Source: a virus. From it: a stretch of 64,000 bases of DNA. The stretch lies in IMG/VR virus record IMGVR_UViG_3300002144_000620, positions 64,001 through 128,000 of that record, one strand, 5' to 3'. Shown one piece after another: positions 29,402 through 38,795 of the stretch. Position 1 is the stretch's first letter, and each line of letters starts with the position of its first letter. The translations under genes and the position numbers were made by a program. The notes beneath the pieces are model-generated. The model had not been told where the DNA came from. It ran no database searches and saw only the letters and a list, made by a program, of their open reading frames with translations.

Positions 29402-29707
29402 ATGAGAAACCCAGGATTACAACAAGAGATCGTAACAACATATATAACGGTTGGTGATGGTGCGTTAGTACCAGTCGATACAAACGATTATACAATTAAT
29501 TACTATTCAATACTAACATGTGGTAATACATCTGATACTATTACAGTAACATTAAACGGTGTACCAAATGTTGTGTTATCTATGATTGGTTTAGTTGAAA
29601 TGTCTATACAGTCTATAGAAGTAACATCAGTACAAAACACTAGTGGTGCTGGTGTAACTAAAGGTTTGATTGTTTACGGTTTAAAAGCGTATAAAACAAT
29701 GTGGTAA
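29402..29707 (+). CDS. Small beta-rich hypothetical virion protein
   Basis: 101-aa T/V/I-rich ORF followed by a terminator. Confidence 0.55.
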   Translation: MRNPGLQQEIVTTYITVGDGALVPVDTNDYTINYYSILTCGNTSDTITVTLNGVPNVVLSMIGLVEMSIQSIEVTSVQNTSGAGVTKGLIVYGLKAYKTMW

Positions 29708-29731
29708 ACACAGATTAAAATTAATATTACG

Positions 29732-29758
29732 AGACCTCTATTTATAGGGGTCTTTTTT
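29732..29758 (+). terminator. Rho-independent terminator
   Basis: AGACCTCTA-ttta-TAGGGGTCT followed by a T run. Confidence 0.8.
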
Positions 29759-29784
29759 ATTTATTGAAGTTTTTTAACTACAAA

Positions 29785-29816
29785 CTTGTTTTTTAGCTAA
29801 TTTGTTCTTAGTTTTG
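29785..29816 (+). promoter_or_regulatory. Bacteroidota sigma-A type promoter (-33 CTTG, -7 TAGTTTTG, 20-nt spacer)
   Basis: Matches TTTG-N19-21-TAnnTTTG with one mismatch; upstream of the SSB gene. Confidence 0.65.
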
Positions 29817-29842
29817 TACCATAACATATAAAAATATAAATT

Positions 29843-30796
29843 ATGATTGATTACAAAAAAATTGATTGGGGCAAGGCCGCTACAGACACTCTGGCTGATT
29901 ACGAACAAGAAAAAGCGAAATCAGCTAACAATTCAACACAAAGAACTAGCGTTGATTTAACCAAGTACTTCAACATCATGTTGGACAAAAGTGAGAATCA
30001 AGGTGAGAAATCCATTAGGGTTCTTCCTAACCAAGACGACCCAACTAAATGGTACAAAATTGGTTACTTCCACAACATTAAAATTGGTTCAAAGTACACT
30101 AAACTTTACGATCCAGCACAAGACAATGAACATTCACCACTTAACGACACCTATAATTTTTATATGGGTACTGGTGATAAAGATGACAGACGAATGGCTA
30201 ATAACTACAAGTCTAGACAATTCTTTATTATTAGATGTATTGAGCGTGGTAAAGAGCATGAAGGTGTTAAATTCTGGAGATTCCCAGTTGTTCAAGATGG
30301 TTCAGGTATTATGGACAAAATCGCACCACTAGTTAAGAAGTATGGTGCATTCTGGAACCCTTTTGAGGGTTACGACCTAACAATCTCTATCATCAGAGAT
30401 AATAAAAACGGAGCACCAGGTGGTGGGTATTGTAAAGCGTCTTCTATTATTCCAGATAGAGAATCTAAATTATCTGATGATGAAACCCAAACAACCACAT
30501 GGTTAAGTGATGAAATGGTTTGGACCGATATCTTTAGAAAAAAATCTAATGATTACCTACTTATTGTTGCTTCTGGTGACGAACCAATGTGGGATGCTGA
30601 AGCAAAGAAATTTGTAACTAAAGTTGAGGATGGTATAACAAACTACCAAAGTAACGATACACCAACTGAGAAAGTTGTGTACGAAACCCCAACTAGCACT
30701 AGCACTAACACCAACGGAACAGACGTTGTTAATGAAACACCTACTGAGCCAACGAATAATGCACCTCAGTTACAAATTGATGATTTACCGTTCTAA
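29843..30796 (+). CDS. Single-stranded DNA-binding protein (T4 gp32-like)
   Basis: IRVLP..., GVKFWRF, FWNPFEGYDLTI pattern; disordered acidic tail ending DDLPF; adjacent to RecA. Confidence 0.75.
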   Translation: MIDYKKIDWGKAATDTLADYEQEKAKSANNSTQRTSVDLTKYFNIMLDKSENQGEKSIRVLPNQDDPTKWYKIGYFHNIKIGSKYTKLYDPAQDNEHSPLNDTYNFYMGTGDKDDRRMANNYKSRQFFIIRCIERGKEHEGVKFWRFPVVQDGSGIMDKIAPLVKKYGAFWNPFEGYDLTISIIRDNKNGAPGGGYCKASSIIPDRESKLSDDETQTTTWLSDEMVWTDIFRKKSNDYLLIVASGDEPMWDAEAKKFVTKVEDGITNYQSNDTPTEKVVYETPTSTSTNTNGTDVVNETPTEPTNNAPQLQIDDLPF

Positions 30797-30810
30797 AAAC
30801 TAAAATCATA

Positions 30811-30867
30811 ATGCACGAACATTTGGGTTGGTATATAGGTATCAACTCATGTTCGTGCATTTTTTTT
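30811..30867 (+). terminator. Long hairpin plus U-tract between SSB and RecA
   Basis: ATGCACGAACAT...ATGTTCGTGCAT perfect 12-bp stem, extended by an inner stem and followed by T7. Confidence 0.75.
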
Positions 30868-30889
30868 AACAACATAACAAATAAATAAA

Positions 30890-31891
30890 ATGGCAGTAAA
30901 GAAAAAAGAATTCTCATTCGATGACATGAGAAATAAATATAGTTCATCAACAACATACAAACCAGACGAATTCTTAAACTGCGGTAATGCGTTTTTAGAA
31001 ATGACTGGCGTACAAGGACCAGCAACTGGCCACATTAACATGTTCTTAGGTCACTCTGACACGGGTAAAACAACTGCGCTAATTTTAGCGGCTATTGCTG
31101 CACAAAAGAGAGGTGCCGTACCAGTATTCTTAGTCACTGAAAAGAAATGGGATTTCAGTCACGCTAAACTAATGGGTTTAGATTGTGAACAAGATCCATC
31201 AACAGGTGAATGGGTAGGTCGATTTTTTTATCGTGACGATTTCTTCTATATTGAACAAATTACAGACTATATCAATAAATTACTAGATGATCAAGCTAAA
31301 GGTGATATTCCATTTGATTTAGTATTCTTCTGGGATTCTGTTGGTTCAGTACCATGTAAAATGACTTTTGATGGTAAAGGTGGTAAACAACATACAGCTG
31401 GTGTATTAGCAGAAAAAATTGGTATGGGTATTAACCAAAGAATTAATAGCACCAGAAAAGACACGTCAGAGTATACAAATACTATGGTAGTAATTAACCA
31501 ACCTTGGGTTGAATTACCAGACAACCCGTTTGGACAACCTAGAATTAAAGCTAAAGGTGGTGACGCATTTTGGTTAAACTCAACAATGATATTCTTATTT
31601 GGTAATCAGAAAAACGCTGGTACTGGTAAAATAGATGCAACTAAAAATGGTCGTAAGGTTAAGTTTGCAACAAGAACCAAAATTAGTGTAATGAAAAACC
31701 ACGTAAACGGTTTAGGTTATGGTGATGGTAAGATAATAGCAACACCACATGGTTTCATATTAGACACTAAAGAAGCTATAGACCAATATAAAAAGGATTA
31801 TTCTGACTACTGGGTTGATACTTTAGGAGCTACGGATTTTGATTTAGATGAAGAAGAAACAAAATCTGGTGTAGACTATGAAGATCAATAA
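30890..31891 (+). CDS. uvsX: RecA/UvsX-like recombinase
   Basis: Walker A GHSDTGKTT, Walker B FFWDSVG, VVINQ, KGG.A, and KN motifs. Confidence 0.88.
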   Translation: MAVKKKEFSFDDMRNKYSSSTTYKPDEFLNCGNAFLEMTGVQGPATGHINMFLGHSDTGKTTALILAAIAAQKRGAVPVFLVTEKKWDFSHAKLMGLDCEQDPSTGEWVGRFFYRDDFFYIEQITDYINKLLDDQAKGDIPFDLVFFWDSVGSVPCKMTFDGKGGKQHTAGVLAEKIGMGINQRINSTRKDTSEYTNTMVVINQPWVELPDNPFGQPRIKAKGGDAFWLNSTMIFLFGNQKNAGTGKIDATKNGRKVKFATRTKISVMKNHVNGLGYGDGKIIATPHGFILDTKEAIDQYKKDYSDYWVDTLGATDFDLDEEETKSGVDYEDQ

Positions 31892-32933
31892 ACCGATTAG
31901 AAATAAGGTAACATCACTAAACTCACTATTAATTGATGGTGAGTATTTATTAAAACAAGGGTTTCATGGCGCTAAACACACTCAAGGTAAACATGGGAGT
32001 GTTGGCACCATATACCACTTTGTAAACACAATTAAGCGGTTCTATCAGGATTATGCGGTAACTAAAGTTGTAGTTTTTTGGGAAGGCGAGGGTTCTAAAG
32101 AGTATAGAAAAGGTTATTACCCTTATTATAAGATGAATCGCAATGATAAGTACGATGATGGTGAACGATTTGATTTAGATAGACAAAGGATAAGGATAAA
32201 ACAGTATCTTGAAGAACTATCGATAAGACAAGTTGAGATTCACGGTTGTGAGGCTGACGATAGTATCGCTTATTACACTATGAACTCTCCTAACGAGAAC
32301 AAGGTTGTGTACACTAACGATAGAGATTTACTACAACTATTATCTGACGATACTAAAGTTCAATTAACCATCAATAAAGCTAGAGTTATGATAAATAAAG
32401 ATAACTTTAAATCTTATTTTGATTACCACTACGATAATGTTGGTATCATTAAAATGATTGCTGGTGATACTAGTGATAATATATCTGGGTTAAAAAATAT
32501 TGGTGAACAAACGGTCTTAAAATATTTCCCAGAAATAAAAAATAGACCTGTTAATCACGAGTGGATTATGAATCGTACTAGAGAATTGTTAGAAGAGAAA
32601 CCTAACGATAAAACTTTAAATACCATAATTAATGGTGACACGAAATGGGGGACATATGGTAATGATTACTTTTCAGTTATGAACAAGATAATAAACCTAA
32701 GGGAACCCAATATTACTGAAGAACTTAAATCATCCGTTAATGAAATGGTTAACGAGGTTTTATCACCAGAAGGTAGGGGTGGTATAAAAAAAGTTATGGA
32801 AATGATGAAAGAAGATGAATTATTGAATTTTTTACCTAGGAATGATGACAACTTCTTTGTTTTCTGGTCAAGTTTTATTACTATTATAAAAAAAGAAGAA
32901 AATGCTTATAACACAACAAAAAAAAGGGACTGA
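31878..32933 (+). CDS. 5'-3' exonuclease / flap endonuclease (T4 RNase H or Pol I N-terminal-like)
   Basis: LLIDG, YK.NR, EADD, TNDRDLLQL and GDTSDNISG..IG motifs. Confidence 0.9.
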   Translation: MKINKPIRNKVTSLNSLLIDGEYLLKQGFHGAKHTQGKHGSVGTIYHFVNTIKRFYQDYAVTKVVVFWEGEGSKEYRKGYYPYYKMNRNDKYDDGERFDLDRQRIRIKQYLEELSIRQVEIHGCEADDSIAYYTMNSPNENKVVYTNDRDLLQLLSDDTKVQLTINKARVMINKDNFKSYFDYHYDNVGIIKMIAGDTSDNISGLKNIGEQTVLKYFPEIKNRPVNHEWIMNRTRELLEEKPNDKTLNTIINGDTKWGTYGNDYFSVMNKIINLREPNITEELKSSVNEMVNEVLSPEGRGGIKKVMEMMKEDELLNFLPRNDDNFFVFWSSFITIIKKEENAYNTTKKRD

Positions 32934-32934
32934 A

Positions 32935-33396
32935 ATGGAACAAAAAAAAGAACAACGTAAATTTGAGTTTACACTCTACTTAAATGAAAATATCATAGTA
33001 CAGAGGTACTTTAATATCATAGGTTTTAATCAAAGAGCGGTTAATTCAATTAATTTTAAAGAATCTGTTGACGAAAACATGGAGATAATCAAGGATGCAC
33101 TTAAAATTAAAACTTTAGACTTTTTGAATGAGAACTCACGTAATTTTTACGAGATACCTAATTTCGAAAAAAATATATCCAATGATATGATAAAAATCAC
33201 TGTGAAACATGATGGTGAAGTTATTGCATACAGAGAATGGGATGCTACTATATACCCAGTTAAAGTTAGATACACAGTTGATGTACGTCAGCATATCTAT
33301 GAGTTAATCACAAAAATCCAAAAGTGTTTATGTACACCTAACAAATTCTTGGAGACAGAGTACATGGGTTACGACCTACAAGTTCAAGCACAATAA
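32935..33396 (+). CDS. Hypothetical protein in the replication operon
   Basis: In-frame ATG at 32935 (MEQKKEQRK), just after the upstream stop, is preferred to the tracked 32902 start. Confidence 0.65.
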   Translation: MEQKKEQRKFEFTLYLNENIIVQRYFNIIGFNQRAVNSINFKESVDENMEIIKDALKIKTLDFLNENSRNFYEIPNFEKNISNDMIKITVKHDGEVIAYREWDATIYPVKVRYTVDVRQHIYELITKIQKCLCTPNKFLETEYMGYDLQVQAQ

Positions 33397-33410
33397 AATA
33401 AAAATAATAA

Positions 33411-34835
33411 ATGAGTCATAAAATAAACAGCTTTGAGGATCTAGGTAAAGACTTCCAATTACAATTATTAAATGAAATAGTAACAGACCACAAATTCGGA
33501 AAATCTATAATTGATATAATTGAACCACAATTTTTTCCTTCTGAATCTTTTCAGAAAATAGCACATTCGGTAAAAAAATATCACAAAGAACATGAGGTAT
33601 TACCTAATTTTAAATCGTTAGGTACGGAAATCAAGGGTGACGTACCAGTTGAACATGAAGCTTTAAGGGCTCAACTATTTGACACACTAAGTGAGATCGA
33701 GTTATGTAAAATAGGTAACTTAAATGTACAAAAAAACGCTATTAGATTCTGTAGATTACAATCGATTCGTGGTGCTGTAAATGATATTAAAACAAAGTTA
33801 GATCGTGGGATTATATCCGACTACGATGAGATAGAAAAAAAGATTAAAGACGCTATAACATTTAAAGATGGTCATGATCCCATATTATTATTTGATAATA
33901 TGGAAAAAGTTTTATCTGAAGACTACAGAAACCCAATTCCAACAGGTATAAAAGGTATTGATGATATTACAAAAGGTGGGTTATCTAAAGGTGAGGTAGC
34001 TATGGTTATAGCACCTCTAGGTGTCGGTAAGACAACTTTTTTAACTAAGGTGGCTAGTAGTGCATTTTTAGCTGGCAAAACCGTATTACAAGTATTTTTT
34101 GAAGATAAAGAAGAATCGGTACAAAGAAAACATTTTTCGGCCTTAACTGGTATACCTTTAAGTGAACTTCATTTAAATAAAGAGGTTATTACAAATAAAG
34201 TTACAGCGATTAAACAAAAATATGATAATCATTTGTACTTACAAAAACTACCTTCAGATGGTGTAACAATCGTTAAAATCAAGAACGTAATTAAAAAGAT
34301 AAATTCAACTGGTGTTAAGGTTGATGTGTTGGTCTTAGATTACATAGACTGTTTATCAATGGAGAAAGAAAGTTCTAGTGGTGAAGAATGGTCAAATGAG
34401 GGTAAGATTATGCGTCAGTTTGAAACTATGGTTGATGAGATGAACGTGGTTGGATGGACAGCCACCCAAGGTAACCGAAGTTCCACTAGTGTTGAGGTTG
34501 TTAAAACAGAAAATATGGGTGGGAATTTAAAGAAAGCTCAGATAGCACATTTTATTATGAGTATCGGTAAAACACTTGAACAAAAAGAACAAAAAGTTGC
34601 GACAATTTCAATATTAAAAAACAGGATGGGTGAGGATGGTATGATATTTAAGGATTGTGTTTTTGATAATGGAAGAATAATTATCGATACCGATGATTTA
34701 TTAACAGAAAAGGGGTTTGAATCACAAAAAGCTGCGAAAAATAAAGAAGCGCTTAGAGCACACTTAAATTCTCAGATAAGAGGTAACATCAACGATGTTG
34801 ATAAAGATTCTTTAGAAATTAAAGAGATTATATGA
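33411..34835 (+). CDS. dnaB: DnaB-like replicative helicase (T4 gp41-like)
   Basis: PIPTGIKGID...GGL, Walker A APLGVGKTT, VLVLDYID, TATQGNR, ILKNRMG. Confidence 0.92.
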   Translation: MSHKINSFEDLGKDFQLQLLNEIVTDHKFGKSIIDIIEPQFFPSESFQKIAHSVKKYHKEHEVLPNFKSLGTEIKGDVPVEHEALRAQLFDTLSEIELCKIGNLNVQKNAIRFCRLQSIRGAVNDIKTKLDRGIISDYDEIEKKIKDAITFKDGHDPILLFDNMEKVLSEDYRNPIPTGIKGIDDITKGGLSKGEVAMVIAPLGVGKTTFLTKVASSAFLAGKTVLQVFFEDKEESVQRKHFSALTGIPLSELHLNKEVITNKVTAIKQKYDNHLYLQKLPSDGVTIVKIKNVIKKINSTGVKVDVLVLDYIDCLSMEKESSSGEEWSNEGKIMRQFETMVDEMNVVGWTATQGNRSSTSVEVVKTENMGGNLKKAQIAHFIMSIGKTLEQKEQKVATISILKNRMGEDGMIFKDCVFDNGRIIIDTDDLLTEKGFESQKAAKNKEALRAHLNSQIRGNINDVDKDSLEIKEII

Positions 34836-34844
34836 TAATCTTAC

Positions 34845-34864
34845 TATCTTTGACCATATTTATT
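34845..34864 (+). promoter_or_regulatory. Possible tandem host-type -7 element (TATCTTTG) and late-like motif (TATTTATT) before nrdB
   Basis: Both motifs lie in the 51-nt gap; no -33 element seen. Confidence 0.4.
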
Positions 34865-34886
34865 AAAACAACAAAAATTTAAATTT

Positions 34887-35837
34887 ATGAAAGAACCAAT
34901 TTTAGAAGAAAACCCTGGTAGATTCGTCATTTTTCCAATACAGTATGACGACATATGGGAATATTATAAACAACACCAAGCAGCCTTCTGGACAGCCGAA
35001 GAGGTTGACTTATCTAACGATATAAGAGACTGGGAAAGTTTAACAGATAATGAAAGGTATTTTATTAAAAATATACTATCATTTTTCGCATCATCAGACG
35101 GTATTGTAAATGAAAACTTAGCTGAGAATTTTTTAAAAGAAGTTCAGTATCCAGAAGCTAAATTCTTTTACGGTATACAAATAGCGATGGAAAACATTCA
35201 TAGTTTAATGTATTCTTTATTGATCGATACGTACATATCAAACCATCAAGAAAAGATGGATAGCTTTAATGCTTTAGAAAACTTACCAGCTGTACAAAAG
35301 AAAGCTAAATGGGCTTTAGACTGGATAGATAACGCATCTTTCCAAGAAAGATTAGTGGCTTTTGCTGCCGTTGAAGGTATTTTCTTTTCAGGTTCTTTCG
35401 CTTCAATTTTTTGGTTAAAATCTAGAGGTTTAATGCAGGGTTTATGTAACGCCAACACATTAATATTTAAAGACGAGAACCTACATTGCGACTTTGCTAT
35501 CCATTTGAGCAATAACCACGTTGTTAATAAATTATCTGAATCTAGAATTAAAGAGATATTATTATCCGCTTTAGAGATTGAGAAAGAATTTATCACAGAA
35601 TCATTACCAGTATCTTTAATAGGTATGAACTCTAATATGATGAAACAGTATCTTGAGTTTGTAACCGATGGTTTATTAGCTAAATTCGGTTGTAAAAAAG
35701 AATTTAATGTGGATCAACCGTTTAAGTTTATGGAACAAATTGCTGTGGAAACCAAGGGGAATTTCTTTGAATCAAGAACCGTTGAGTATCAAAAAGCTAA
35801 ATTAAATGAAAAACTTAGTTTTACCGATGATTTTTAA
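34887..35837 (+). CDS. nrdB: Ribonucleotide reductase class Ia beta subunit
   Basis: [42 protein letters not shown]-terminal FTDDF. Confidence 0.97.
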   Translation: MKEPILEENPGRFVIFPIQYDDIWEYYKQHQAAFWTAEEVDLSNDIRDWESLTDNERYFIKNILSFFASSDGIVNENLAENFLKEVQYPEAKFFYGIQIAMENIHSLMYSLLIDTYISNHQEKMDSFNALENLPAVQKKAKWALDWIDNASFQERLVAFAAVEGIFFSGSFASIFWLKSRGLMQGLCNANTLIFKDENLHCDFAIHLSNNHVVNKLSESRIKEILLSALEIEKEFITESLPVSLIGMNSNMMKQYLEFVTDGLLAKFGCKKEFNVDQPFKFMEQIAVETKGNFFESRTVEYQKAKLNEKLSFTDDF

Positions 35838-35864
35838 TTAACCGTTAATAAATAAAAAATAAAA

Positions 35865-38273
35865 ATGATTATACAAAAACGTAACGGGGATCAAGTACCA
35901 TTTAACCCCACAAAAATATTAGCTAGAATTAAAAAATCGGCTAAAGGTTTAAAAGTCAGTTCTGACGAGATATTTATTAAAGGCATCACCTCATTACCAA
36001 ATGAAGGTACGGTAACAACAAAAGAAATTGATAAACTTTTAGCTGAAATATGTGCTTCTTATACTGGTAGTCATTATGACTATAGTAAAATGGCCGCCAA
36101 TATAGCTATTTCTTCATACCACAAAGAAACAAACCCAAGTTTTTCTGAAACTATGAAGATATTAGCTGAAGATAAAGTTATAAACCATAGTATTATTGAA
36201 ACTATCAATGAATACGGTTGTGATAAAATTGATTCTATCATAGATCACGAAATGGATTTTAAATTCGATTATTTCGCATGGAGATCATTGAATGAGATGT
36301 ACTTAACAAAAACATCTAAAGGTGTTCAAATTGAAAGACCACAACATATGTACATGCGTGTAGCTATATGGGTAACAGAATCTTTCGATGAAGCTATAGA
36401 GTACTACAAATCATTATCCAATCAATTAATATCAAAAGCTACACCAATAATGATTAACTCGGGTACCAAAATACCTCAGTTAGCATCATGTGTATTACAT
36501 TACAATAACGATGACTCTAGAAACGGACTATTAGATAGTTTAAGAGACATATCTGTTTACTCAGCTGATGCAGCTGGTATTGGTTTATGTATGTCCAACA
36601 TAAGAAGTAAAGAAAGTCGTATTAAGACATCAGGTGGTTATGCGGGTGGTTTATTAAAATACCTTAAGATTGTTAACGAATCACTAAGATTCTTTAATCA
36701 ACAAGGACGTAGACCAGGTAGTGCGGCTATTTATATCGAACCTTGGCATAAAGATATTATTGATTTATTAGAAATCAAAAAAAATACTGGTGCCGAAGAA
36801 TTACGTGCTAGAGATTTATTTACAGCACTATGGATACCAGATAACTTTATGAGAGCAGTTGAGAATGATATAGACTGGTACCTATTCTGTCCAAATGACA
36901 TCGTAAAAGCGGGTTTAACGCCATTACAAGAGTGTTATGGTACTGAGTATGAGGAAAACTATAATAAAGCCGTAGAGATGGGCTTAGGCAAGAAAGTTAA
37001 GGCTCAAGATATCTGGAATAAGGTTATCGAATCTCAAGTTGAGACAGGTGTACCATACCTGTGTTCAAAAGATAGTGCTAACAATAAAACAAATCATCAA
37101 AACATGGGTGTGATAAAACAATCCAATCTATGTAATGAGATATATCAGTTTACCGATGAAGAAACGACAGCTATTTGCACTTTATCTTCATTAGTTATCA
37201 AAAACTTTGTTAAAAATAGCGCATTTGATTTTGAATTATTATCTAACGAAACTAGAAAAATAGTAAGAACACTTAATAAAGTAATAAATATAAACGTTTA
37301 TTCAACCGAAAAAGGTAGAAAAGGTGGTTTAGAACAAAGAGCTATTGCTATTGGTGTACAAGGCCTTGCTGACGTATTCTTTTTAATGGATTATATTTTC
37401 ACATCAGATGAGGCAAAAGAATTAAATAAAAGAATATTTGAAACAATTTATTTTGCCGCAATTACTGAAAGTAATGAGTTATGTAAATCTGGTAAATACA
37501 AACCGTATAAAAAATTTAAAGGTTCACCAATGTCAAAAGGTGTTTTTCAATTTGATATGTGGGGTATTGATCAAACTGATTTAATGTGGGATTGGAGTAG
37601 TTTAAAAGAATCTGTTAGAGAGTTCGGTATATGTAATAGTTTATTTACAGCACAAATGCCAGTAGCGTCATCAGCTAAAATAACAGGGTCATATGAAATG
37701 ACTGAAGTTATAGGCTCTAACTTATTTAATAGACGTGTTGTTGGTGGTGAATTTTTAATCGCTAATAGATACTTAATTGAGGATTTTGAGGATTTAGGTA
37801 TCTGGTCAGAAGAGTTCAAAAATGAGATCATAATGAACGAAGGTTCTATACAAGGTATAAATTTCAATAAATTCTTAGATCCTAAAAATAAAAACTACGA
37901 TAAAAAAGTTAGTAGAATCGAACATTTAATGTTGAAATATAAAACTATTTGGGAAGTTTCACAAAAAGAACTAATAAATATGGCGGCTGACAGAGCACCA
38001 TTTATCGATCAATCACAATCGATGAATATTTATTTCCAAAACCCAACTATACAAAAATTATCATCTAGTCATTTCCATGCCTGGAAAATGGGACTTAAGT
38101 CTTTATGTTACTATGTTAGAACAAAAGCTATATCAACAGGTGCAAAACACTTAGCGATTAGTATAAACAATGAACCAGCTAAAGCGACACAAATACTAAT
38201 TGAACCAAACATTACAGAAATTTTAAGTAAGCCAGAAGATAGCCAATTTGATTGTTTTGGATGTAGTTCATAA
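35865..38273 (+). CDS. nrdA: Ribonucleotide reductase class Ia alpha subunit with N-terminal ATP-cone
   Basis: IQKRNG ATP-cone start, ERPQHMYMRVA, QLASC, QGRRPG, SNLCNEI, AICTL, IDQSQS, YYVR, C-terminal CFGCSS. Confidence 0.97.
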   Translation: MIIQKRNGDQVPFNPTKILARIKKSAKGLKVSSDEIFIKGITSLPNEGTVTTKEIDKLLAEICASYTGSHYDYSKMAANIAISSYHKETNPSFSETMKILAEDKVINHSIIETINEYGCDKIDSIIDHEMDFKFDYFAWRSLNEMYLTKTSKGVQIERPQHMYMRVAIWVTESFDEAIEYYKSLSNQLISKATPIMINSGTKIPQLASCVLHYNNDDSRNGLLDSLRDISVYSADAAGIGLCMSNIRSKESRIKTSGGYAGGLLKYLKIVNESLRFFNQQGRRPGSAAIYIEPWHKDIIDLLEIKKNTGAEELRARDLFTALWIPDNFMRAVENDIDWYLFCPNDIVKAGLTPLQECYGTEYEENYNKAVEMGLGKKVKAQDIWNKVIESQVETGVPYLCSKDSANNKTNHQNMGVIKQSNLCNEIYQFTDEETTAICTLSSLVIKNFVKNSAFDFELLSNETRKIVRTLNKVININVYSTEKGRKGGLEQRAIAIGVQGLADVFFLMDYIFTSDEAKELNKRIFETIYFAAITESNELCKSGKYKPYKKFKGSPMSKGVFQFDMWGIDQTDLMWDWSSLKESVREFGICNSLFTAQMPVASSAKITGSYEMTEVIGSNLFNRRVVGGEFLIANRYLIEDFEDLGIWSEEFKNEIIMNEGSIQGINFNKFLDPKNKNYDKKVSRIEHLMLKYKTIWEVSQKELINMAADRAPFIDQSQSMNIYFQNPTIQKLSSSHFHAWKMGLKSLCYYVRTKAISTGAKHLAISINNEPAKATQILIEPNITEILSKPEDSQFDCFGCSS

Positions 38274-38294
38274 CAACTATTTAACTTTAAACAC

Positions 38295-38333
38295 AAAATC
38301 CCGTCACTATCTAGTTATAATGACGGGATTTTT
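38295..38333 (+). terminator. Rho-independent terminator
   Basis: AAAATCCCGTCA...TGACGGGATTTTT after nrdA. Confidence 0.85.
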
Positions 38334-38358
38334 ATTTACAAAAAATAATTTATTACGA

Positions 38359-38366
38359 TATTTATT
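38359..38366 (+). promoter_or_regulatory. Putative late promoter variant TATTTATT
   Basis: After the terminator, 10 nt before ATG 38377 where structural genes resume. Confidence 0.55.
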
Positions 38367-38376
38367 ATAAAAGATT

Positions 38377-38793
38377 ATGGCCATAAAAAAACAAACATTT
38401 GGTATGGAGTTCCCATTTGTATTTTCGGATTCAGGTGATTACGTTGGATTAACATCAGTACCTGAATCTGAGGTAAAAGCAATGTTGATTCATTTACTAT
38501 TAACAAAGAAAGGTGCGAGATACTTTTTACCTGATTTTGGTACAAATATATACCAATACATATTTGAACCACTTGATGACATAACTTTGGGTAAGATTGA
38601 AGGTGAAATAACCGATGCTATTGAAAAGTACATTCCAAATCTAAAATTAAACAAGGTAAACATAACCAAGGTTGGTGATGAACCAAATTTTTTAAATGAT
38701 ACTGAAAAAGAACATCAGATTAGAATAAACTTAGATTATACAATAACAACTAAAACGTTCCAATCAAACGGTACATTAGCATTAACATTATAA
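38377..38793 (+). CDS. Baseplate wedge / sheath initiator (T4 gp25, GPW_gp25 family)
   Basis: LIHLLLTKKGARYFLPDFGTNI..YIFEP...AIEKYIP. Confidence 0.92.
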   Translation: MAIKKQTFGMEFPFVFSDSGDYVGLTSVPESEVKAMLIHLLLTKKGARYFLPDFGTNIYQYIFEPLDDITLGKIEGEITDAIEKYIPNLKLNKVNITKVGDEPNFLNDTEKEHQIRINLDYTITTKTFQSNGTLALTL

Positions 38794-38795
38794 AA

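Noticed and set aside
30890-38273. Inteins or introns in RecA, DnaB or RNR
   Set aside because: Lengths are normal, motifs are contiguous, and no splice or homing-endonuclease motifs were seen
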